41,941 nucleotides of DNA from Actinomycetota bacterium (GTDB taxonomy: Bacteria; Actinomycetota; Acidimicrobiia; IMCC26256; PALSA-610): positions 1 to 41,941 of the forward strand of contig JBJSXF010000178.1 of assembly GCA_046086225.1 (NCBI GenBank), in the 5' to 3' direction. Below the pieces are notes generated by a model. The model worked only from the letters and a program-made list of their open reading frames with translations. It was not told where the DNA came from and searched no databases. Of the stretch, positions 27,455 through 34,123 are shown in pieces (positions within the stretch are counted from its first letter, which is position 1; each line of letters begins with the position of its first letter). The position numbers and the translations under genes were made by a program.

Positions 27455-28039
27455 ATGGCTCCCGGAGACGCCCTCCCCGACGGTCTGCTCGACGCGCTGA
27501 CCGTGTGCGTCGCCCGATCCGGGTTGGCCGGCACCACGCTCGAAGACGTCGCTCGGGAAGCGGGCTGCTCCCGGGCCACCCTCTACCGCCACTTCGCGGG
27601 CAAGGTTCCGCTGCTGGCCGCGCTGGCCGCCCGGGACGGAGAGACCATCGCCCGGGAACTCGTGGCCGAGGCCCGGGTTGCGTCGACGCTCACCGACGCG
27701 GTGGTGGCGGTCGTCGCCGGCGGCGTGACTGCGCTCGGCGAGCACCCGGCGCTCGCCCGACTCCTCGCCGAGGAGCCCGAGGTGCTGCTGCCCTACCTCT
27801 CCTTCGCCGGGCAGACCGCATTTCTCGCGGCGGCCGCCGACCGGCTGGCCCCCGCGTTCACCGCCTTCCTCCCGGAGCCCGACGCCGCCCGGCTCGCCGA
27901 GTGGGTCGTGCGGATGACGCTCTCCCACCTGCTGTGCCCGTCCGACCGCTTCGACGTGGCCGACGCAGCCCAGGTCCGTTCCGGAGTCGACGCCTTCGTC
28001 GTCCCCGGTTTCCTCCACCGAAGCGAGGTGCACCAATGA
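27455..28039 (+). CDS. TetR/AcrR family transcriptional regulator (2 of 2)
   Basis: HTH segment GLAGTTLEDVAREAGCSRATLYRHFAGK. C-terminus (LAEEPEVLLPYLS) resembles TetR1 (LATEPERFLPLLS). ATG 27455 preferred because ATG 27443 lies within the -10/operator. Confidence 0.88.
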   Translation: MAPGDALPDGLLDALTVCVARSGLAGTTLEDVAREAGCSRATLYRHFAGKVPLLAALAARDGETIARELVAEARVASTLTDAVVAVVAGGVTALGEHPALARLLAEEPEVLLPYLSFAGQTAFLAAAADRLAPAFTAFLPEPDAARLAEWVVRMTLSHLLCPSDRFDVADAAQVRSGVDAFVVPGFLHRSEVHQ

Positions 28040-29163
28040 GCAGCAACCAGGAGATCCTCGGCCGCGAGGAGATCAACGACCTCGAGGCCATCCTCTCGGT
28101 CACGAATACCGACGACGACGCGGTCCTGCGTGCCGTCGGCACGAGCTACGACGCCACCTTCACGTGGGATTACGAGCAGAGCCGGGCTCCGCTGGTGAAG
28201 CTCTACGAGAAGGCCAAGACCTCGCAGTGGAACGCGACGACCGACCTCGATTGGTCGATCGATGTCGATCAGGAGAAGTTGGCCCTGGCCGGCATGACCC
28301 GCGAGGACGCGCGGTTCTTCACCGACGCGGTCGATCTCAAGGGAACGCCGTTCGCCACATGGGGCCAGGACCAGTGGGTGCAGCTCGCGATCGAGAGCCA
28401 GAACTGGACCCTCTCGCAGTTCATGCACGGCGAGCAGGGCGCCCTGCTCTGCACCGCCCGCATCGTCGAGACGGTGCCGTGGATCGACGCCAAGTACTAC
28501 GCGTCGACCCAGGCGGTCGACGAGGCTCGTCACGTCGAGGTCTTCGCTCGCTACCTGAACACGAAGCTGTCGGGCAACTACCCGATCAACGCCCACCTCG
28601 GTCTGCTCCTCGACGACATCCTCGCCGACTCCCGTTGGGACATGACCTACCTGGGAATGCAGATCATGGTCGAGGGCCTGGCCCTGGCCGCCTTCGGGTT
28701 CATGCACCAGATGACCACCGAGCCGCTGCTCAAGCAGTTGCTCCGGTACGTGATGAGCGACGAGGCCCGTCACGTGGCCTTCGGGGTGCTCTCCCTGCAG
28801 GAGTACTACGGAGAGCTCACCGATGCCGAGATGATGGACCGCCAGGAGTTCGCGTTCGAGGCGGCCGTGCGCATGCGCGACCGCTTCCTCTCCCAGGAGG
28901 TCTGGGCCCGGATGGGTGTCGACGTGAAGGACGCCTTGGCGCTGGTGATGGCCGACGAGGGCCGCAAGATGTTCCAGAACATCCTGTTCTCGAAGATCGT
29001 CCCCAACTGCAAGAAGCTCGGCCTCCTCGACCGTAACGACGGCTGGCTGCGTCAGCGTTTCACCGAGCTCGGGGTCATCCAGTTCGAGGACTGGGCCGAC
29101 ACCGGTGAGGAGTACGCGTTGCTCGATGAGGTGGCGAAGGACCGCGAGGCCACGGCGAGCTGA
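28036..29163 (+). CDS. Ferritin-like diiron-carboxylate protein (putative oxygenase/desaturase)
   Basis: Ligand pattern HGEQGA ... DEARH ... VEGLA ... DEARH (E, ExxH, E, ExxH). GAGGTG SD and ATGA overlap with tetR2. Confidence 0.85.
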   Translation: MSSNQEILGREEINDLEAILSVTNTDDDAVLRAVGTSYDATFTWDYEQSRAPLVKLYEKAKTSQWNATTDLDWSIDVDQEKLALAGMTREDARFFTDAVDLKGTPFATWGQDQWVQLAIESQNWTLSQFMHGEQGALLCTARIVETVPWIDAKYYASTQAVDEARHVEVFARYLNTKLSGNYPINAHLGLLLDDILADSRWDMTYLGMQIMVEGLALAAFGFMHQMTTEPLLKQLLRYVMSDEARHVAFGVLSLQEYYGELTDAEMMDRQEFAFEAAVRMRDRFLSQEVWARMGVDVKDALALVMADEGRKMFQNILFSKIVPNCKKLGLLDRNDGWLRQRFTELGVIQFEDWADTGEEYALLDEVAKDREATAS

Positions 29164-29182
29164 TCGCAGCCCGGAACGGGAT

Positions 29183-29218
29183 CGGAGGGGGGTCGCCGAG
29201 TCCGGCGGCCCCCCTCCG
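29183..29218. terminator. Strong hairpin between convergent genes (probable bidirectional terminator)
   Basis: CGGAGGGGGGTCGCCG-AGTC-CGGCGGCCCCCCTCCG, a 16-bp stem with one G-U. No U-tract, which is common in actinobacteria. Confidence 0.65.
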
Positions 29219-29235
29219 GCGCGTTCGGTCCCGGG

Positions 29236-30504
29236 TCAGGGCCGGATCTTGGAGAGCGTGTCGTCGTTCTCGTTCGAGACCCAGATGTTGGATCCGTCGA
29301 ACCCCACCCATGTGGGTGCGACCCCGACGGCGACGGTGCCGGTGACGCTGTTCGTCGCCGCGTCGATCCGCCTCACCGTGTTGGAGTTCCGCATCGCGAC
29401 CCAGATGTTCCGCCCGTCGAACGCGAGCCCGGACGGAGCGTCGGCGACGAACACCGTGGCGACGACGGCGTTCGTGGCGGGATCGATCTTGAAGACCGCA
29501 TCGGTCGCGAAGGACGACGCCCACAGGAACCGGCCGTCGAACGCCATCCACCCGGTTTCGGCCGCCGGGGTGGCCGAGCCGATGAGGGCGTTCGTGGCCG
29601 GGTTGATCTTGCGGATGGCTCCGCTCCCCGAAGAAGCCCAGAGATTGGTGCCGTCGTACTCGAGATACTGGGGGTTGTCCCCGCCGGGCATTGTGACCGT
29701 GGCGACGACGGTCGCCGTCGCCGGGTTGATCTTGGTGAGCGTGCCCGCCCCTTGGTTGGCGACCCAGATGCGGCTGCCGTCGTACTCGACGCTGATGGGC
29801 TGAGCGCCGACCACGACCGTCGCGGTGATGGCATTGGTCTTCGGGTTGATCCGCACGACCCGGTCGTCGTCCTGCCGAGTGACCCAGATGCTGGTGCCGT
29901 CGAACGTCGCGTCGACCGGTGCGCCGGGAACGGGCACGGTGGCGAGGACGGCGTTCGTGCGGGGGTCGATCTTGGCGACCTGGTTGTCGCCGTAGTAGGC
30001 GACCCAGAGGTTGGTGCCGTCGAACGTCGGGTTCGCGGGACTGCTCCCGGTGGCGATGGTCGCCGGCCGGGTCGGGTCCTGCCACCAGGCTTCCCGTCCG
30101 ATCTGGTTGGGGCTCAGCCGCGGCGCGGCCTTGGGGCCGAGGACGACCCAGACGGCCGGGCTGGTGAGCGGCGCCTTGCCGGTGCTCGGGGCGACGGCGA
30201 CGTAGGTGCCGCCGTTCGCGGCCACCACGTCGCTCTTCGCGTAGGCGGTGGACGACGACCACCCGCCCCGGAAGCGCATGCCGTCGGCGGTCCAGGCCAC
30301 CTTGGTCTCGGATGCGCTGCACGTGCCTCCGGCCTGGGCGTCGATCACCCGCAGGACCTTGGCCCCGGTCTTCGGGTAGCAGGCGACGATCCGTCCCGAC
30401 GTCGTCGACGGGATGGCGGCCCAGGCCGCCGTGGCCCCGAGTCCGACGAGCAGGCCGAGCGCAGCGAAGAGCACTCGGGAGCGGGTGAGCGATCGCACCT
30501 TCAT
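29236..30504 (-). CDS. Secreted YVTN/YncE-like 7-bladed beta-propeller protein with N-terminal accessory modules
   Basis: Signal peptide MKVRSLTRSRVLFAALGLLVGLGATAAWA and GGAGG SD. Seven ~40-aa repeats P..(F/Y)DG..(I/L)W(V/A)...V.(K/R)I(D/N)P.TN.V.AT. Confidence 0.85.
   Translation of the reverse strand: MKVRSLTRSRVLFAALGLLVGLGATAAWAAIPSTTSGRIVACYPKTGAKVLRVIDAQAGGTCSASETKVAWTADGMRFRGGWSSSTAYAKSDVVAANGGTYVAVAPSTGKAPLTSPAVWVVLGPKAAPRLSPNQIGREAWWQDPTRPATIATGSSPANPTFDGTNLWVAYYGDNQVAKIDPRTNAVLATVPVPGAPVDATFDGTSIWVTRQDDDRVVRINPKTNAITATVVVGAQPISVEYDGSRIWVANQGAGTLTKINPATATVVATVTMPGGDNPQYLEYDGTNLWASSGSGAIRKINPATNALIGSATPAAETGWMAFDGRFLWASSFATDAVFKIDPATNAVVATVFVADAPSGLAFDGRNIWVAMRNSNTVRRIDAATNSVTGTVAVGVAPTWVGFDGSNIWVSNENDDTLSKIRP
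29240..30060 (-). repeat. ~120-bp periodic internal repeats encoding propeller blades
   Basis: GACCCAGA recurs at 29278, 29398, 29761, 29881 and 30001, with degenerate copies in between. Confidence 0.8.
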
Positions 30505-30696
30505 CACGGACCTCCGGGTCGGTCGGCCGGATCGGCCGGACGGCCGGAGGCTATTCGGACAAGCGCGACATGGCGCGGCGCCACTCGGAGAGGGCGAACG
30601 CCTCGCGCCGCAGGAGCCGGGAGCGCGGTGGAACCAGTTCTGCGCCCGTGTCGGGGTTCGGGCTTCCGCCTGCGCTATCGTGACGGGGACACGCAG

Positions 30697-30716
30697 CCTA
30701 CAGACAGGTCGGTAGG
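30697..30716 (+). promoter_or_regulatory. Palindromic operator-like site directly upstream of the desaturase
   Basis: CCTACAGAC-AG-GTCGGTAGG (arms match 8 of 9). Downstream of a TATCGT -10-like hexamer (30676-30681) and abutting the RBS. Confidence 0.55.
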
Positions 30717-30721
30717 GGAAT

Positions 30722-31609
30722 ATGTCCGATTCTCTCCAGGTGGCAAACCGGTCCGGCGATCCGGCCGCGAGCAGTGCCGAGAGCCCCGACCGGCGTCCGG
30801 GCCGGATCAACTGGCTCTCGTCGATCCCGTTCTTCATCGTCCATGCGCTCTGCCTCCTCGCGTTCGTGACGGGCGTGACCCGCACGGCGGCGATCCTGTT
30901 CCTCGCCACCTACTGGTCGCGAATGTTCTTCATCACCGGCGGGTACCACCGCTACTTCGCGCACCGGGCGTTCCGGCTCGGTCGCGTGTCCCAGTTCGTG
31001 TTCGCCTTCGGGGGCCTCACCGCTGCGCAGAAGGGACCGCTGTGGTGGGCGGGCAACCACCGCAACCACCACCGCTTCTCCGACACCGAACGCGACATCC
31101 ACTCGCCGCGTCACGGGTTCCTGTGGAGCCACGTCGGCTGGATCCTCTCCGACAGCTACAAGGAGTCGGGTCGCGACGAGATGCGCGACTTCGACGAGTA
31201 CCCCGAGCTCCGGTTCCTCGAAAGGCACGACTGGATCGGCCCCTGGGTCCTCGGCGTCACCTGCTTCCTCATCGGCGGGTGGAGCGGCCTCGTCGTCGGC
31301 TTCTTCTGCTCGACAGTGCTGCTGTGGCACTCCACGTTCCTCGTGAACTCGATGGCGCACGTGTTCGGTCGGCGCCCCTACGAGACCGACGACACCAGCC
31401 GCAACTCGCTCCTCATCGCGCTCGCCACCTTCGGCGAGGGTTGGCACAACAACCACCACCGTTACCAGAGCGCAGCGCGCCAGGGCTTCCGCTGGTGGCA
31501 GATCGACGTGACCTACTACGTGCTCTGGCTCCTCGCTCGCGTCGGGATCGTGCGCGGTTTGCGGCCGGTGCCGGCCCGGGTGATCGAAGAGGCTCGCCGG
31601 AGCCGGTGA
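30722..31609 (+). CDS. Membrane fatty-acyl (acyl-CoA/acyl-lipid, delta-9-like) desaturase
   Basis: Three His boxes, HRYFAH, HRNHH and GEGWHNNHH, plus DIHSP..GFLWSHVGW and WWQIDVTY. Confidence 0.92.
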   Translation: MSDSLQVANRSGDPAASSAESPDRRPGRINWLSSIPFFIVHALCLLAFVTGVTRTAAILFLATYWSRMFFITGGYHRYFAHRAFRLGRVSQFVFAFGGLTAAQKGPLWWAGNHRNHHRFSDTERDIHSPRHGFLWSHVGWILSDSYKESGRDEMRDFDEYPELRFLERHDWIGPWVLGVTCFLIGGWSGLVVGFFCSTVLLWHSTFLVNSMAHVFGRRPYETDDTSRNSLLIALATFGEGWHNNHHRYQSAARQGFRWWQIDVTYYVLWLLARVGIVRGLRPVPARVIEEARRSR

Positions 31610-31624
31610 TACGTTGCCGCGCCG

Positions 31625-33292
31625 ATGACGTCGTCGGTGCGGATCGTCTTCCTCGGCGGTCTCGGCGAGATCGGCCGTAACTGCTTCTGCCTCGAAGTCG
31701 ACGGTCGCATCCTCGTCGTCGACTGCGGGATCATGTTCCCCGACGCCGACATGCCGGGTGTCGATCTCGTCCTCCCCGACTTCACCTACCTGCGGGAGAA
31801 CGCCGAGCGCGTCGAGGCGGTGCTCGTCACCCACGCCCACGAGGATCACACCGGCGGGCTCGCGTTCCTCCTCCGTGACGTCTCCGCCCCGATCTACGGC
31901 TCGGCGCTCTCGCTGGCGCTCGTCCGCAACCGGATCGCCGAAGCCGGTCTGCTCGATCGCACCGAGCTGATCCCGGTCGCCGACGGCGAGCGCCGACGCA
32001 TCGGACCGGTCGACTGCCAGTTCGTGCCGGTCACCCACTCGGTGCCGCACGGGTTCGCCATCGCCTTCTTCACGCCGGCGGGAACCATCGTGCACACCGG
32101 CGACTTCAAGATCGACCTCACGCCGTTCGACGGGCGCCGCACCGACCTGGCCCTCCTCGGGGAGATCGCCCGAAGTGACGGCGGAGTCCGGTTGCTGCTC
32201 TCCGACTCGACCAACGCGGAGCGGCCCGGTTTCACCCCTTCGGAGTCGACGGTCGGGGCCACGATGCGCGGGATCTTCCGGGCGCACCCCGAGCAGCGAT
32301 TCATCGTCACGAGCTTCGCTTCGCATCTCCACCGGGTCGAGCAGGTGGCCCGGGCCGCGATCGAACAGGGCCGCAAGGTCGCGTTCGTCGGACGCTCGAT
32401 GGAGCAGAACATGACGATGGCCCGCGAGCGCGGTTTCGTCGACCTGCCCGCGTCGGGCGTGATCGGCATCGAGGACGCCGCCCGGCTCGCCCCCGGCGAG
32501 GTGTGCGTGATCTGCACGGGTTCCCAAGGAGAGCCGATGAGCGCGTTGTCGCTCATGGCCGCGCGTGAGCACAAGCACGTGAAGGTCTCGCCCGACGATG
32601 TCGTGGTTATCAGCGCCCACGCGATCCCGGGCAACGAGGCGAGCGTGTCCCGGGTGATCGACGCGCTGCACCGGGCCGGGGCCGAGGTCGTGCATGACGG
32701 CACCGCAGCGGTGCACGTGTCGGGGCACGCATCGCGCGAAGAGCTCAAGCTCGTGCTCAACCTCTGCTCGCCCGAATGGTTCGTGCCGGTGCACGGGGAG
32801 TACCGGCACATGGTGCACCATGCGCGCCTGGCCGAGGAGGTCGGAGTGCCGTCCGAGCGCGTGCTCGTCTGCGAGGACGGTGACGTCGTCGAGCTCGGCT
32901 CCGAAGGGCTGACGGTCGAGCGGCGGGCGGTGCCCGCGGGCTACATGTACGTCGACGGCATCGTGGGCGACATCGGTCACGGCGTGCTGCGCGACCGCCG
33001 CCTCCTCGCCGAGGAAGGTGTGGTGGTGGTGATCGTGACGGTCGCGGCCACGACCGGGGAGATCGTCACCGGTCCCGAAATCGTCACCCGGGGCTGGGTC
33101 CATGCGTCGGAGGCCGACGATCTCATCGAGGAGGCGAAGGCCGTGGTGCGGGCCGCGATCGCCGAGGTCGGGCCCGAGGGAGCGACCGATCTCGAGGCCG
33201 TGCGGCGCCGGGCGCGCCGATCGCTCGGCCGGTTCATCAGCGATCGCACCCGGCGGCGCCCCGCCGTGATCCCCGTCGTGATGGAGGTGTGA
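31625..33292 (+). CDS. rnj: Ribonuclease J
   Basis: FLGGLGEIGRN, THAHEDHTG, HTGDFKID, SDSTNAE, TGSQGEPMSAL, HVSGHA, PVHGEYRH. Confidence 0.96.
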   Translation: MTSSVRIVFLGGLGEIGRNCFCLEVDGRILVVDCGIMFPDADMPGVDLVLPDFTYLRENAERVEAVLVTHAHEDHTGGLAFLLRDVSAPIYGSALSLALVRNRIAEAGLLDRTELIPVADGERRRIGPVDCQFVPVTHSVPHGFAIAFFTPAGTIVHTGDFKIDLTPFDGRRTDLALLGEIARSDGGVRLLLSDSTNAERPGFTPSESTVGATMRGIFRAHPEQRFIVTSFASHLHRVEQVARAAIEQGRKVAFVGRSMEQNMTMARERGFVDLPASGVIGIEDAARLAPGEVCVICTGSQGEPMSALSLMAAREHKHVKVSPDDVVVISAHAIPGNEASVSRVIDALHRAGAEVVHDGTAAVHVSGHASREELKLVLNLCSPEWFVPVHGEYRHMVHHARLAEEVGVPSERVLVCEDGDVVELGSEGLTVERRAVPAGYMYVDGIVGDIGHGVLRDRRLLAEEGVVVVIVTVAATTGEIVTGPEIVTRGWVHASEADDLIEEAKAVVRAAIAEVGPEGATDLEAVRRRARRSLGRFISDRTRRRPAVIPVVMEV

Positions 33293-34062
33293 ACGTGGCC
33301 CTCGCGATCGACTGCTCGGGGCGCACGGCGCTCGTCACGGGGGCCGGGGGCGGGGTAGGCGCGGAGATCGCCCGGGCCCTCGTCGCCGCCGGAGCCTCGG
33401 TCTGGGTCAACGACATCTTCGAGGATCGGGCCGAGGCGGTGGCAACCTCGCTCGGCGGTGCGCCGCACGCCCGTCCGGTGAAGGCCGATGTCACGAGCCC
33501 CGAGAAGATCCGGCGGATGCGAGACGAGACCGGGCCGGTCGACATCCTGATCAACAACGCGGGCATCCCCACGACCGGCTTCGGCGACCTCAAGCTCTTC
33601 GTCGACACCGAGCCGGCCGACTGGGAGCAGGCGATGCGGCTGAATCTCGGCGCGGTCCTGCACGTGACCCACGCCTACGTCGGGGCCATGGTGGAGCAGG
33701 GATGGGGCCGGGTCGTGACGATCGCGTCCGATGCCGGCCGACGCGGCGAGCGCTACCAGGCGATCTACGGCGCGGCCAAGGCCGGCGCGATGGCGTTCAT
33801 GCGATCGCTCGCCGCCGAGGTCGGGCCGAGCGGCGTCACCGCCAACTGCGTCGCCCTGGCCAGCATGCGCACGGGGATCCTGGCCGAGGCCGTCGAACGC
33901 GATCCGGCGCTCGGCGAGCGGCTCGCCCGGGCCTATCCGATGCGGCGTCTGGGGGAGCCGACCGATCCGGCAACCCTCGTGGCCTTGCTCTGCAGTGAGG
34001 CGGGCTCGTGGGTGACGGGGCAGGTGTATCCGGTCGACGGGGGCTACGTCTCGGCGCTGTGA
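33289..34062 (+). CDS. Short-chain dehydrogenase/reductase (classical SDR)
   Basis: TGAGGGVG, INNAG, catalytic S...YGAAK, WVTGQVYPVDGG. GTGA overlap with rnj. Confidence 0.9.
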   Translation: MNVALAIDCSGRTALVTGAGGGVGAEIARALVAAGASVWVNDIFEDRAEAVATSLGGAPHARPVKADVTSPEKIRRMRDETGPVDILINNAGIPTTGFGDLKLFVDTEPADWEQAMRLNLGAVLHVTHAYVGAMVEQGWGRVVTIASDAGRRGERYQAIYGAAKAGAMAFMRSLAAEVGPSGVTANCVALASMRTGILAEAVERDPALGERLARAYPMRRLGEPTDPATLVALLCSEAGSWVTGQVYPVDGGYVSAL

Positions 34063-34123
34063 GCCGGTCGCCCCGGGCCACGGGTTCCTTTGTGGCTGGT
34101 GTGGCCAGTGTTACGTTTGGGGC

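Noticed and set aside
29240-30060. 120-bp periodic repeats as a possible CRISPR array or non-coding repeat
   Set aside because: The repeats are degenerate at synonymous positions, stay in frame and encode propeller blades. There are no identical repeats with unique spacers and no cas genes.
30511-30550. CCTCCGG...CCGGAGG stem that might sequester the propeller gene RBS
   Set aside because: A TAGCCT -10-like hexamer at 30553-30548 (minus strand) overlaps the upstream arm, so that arm is probably not transcribed. Short GC stems also arise by chance here.
18880-31624. Accessory block as an active mobile element or prophage
   Set aside because: No integrase, transposase, phage gene, tRNA target or flanking direct repeat is visible.
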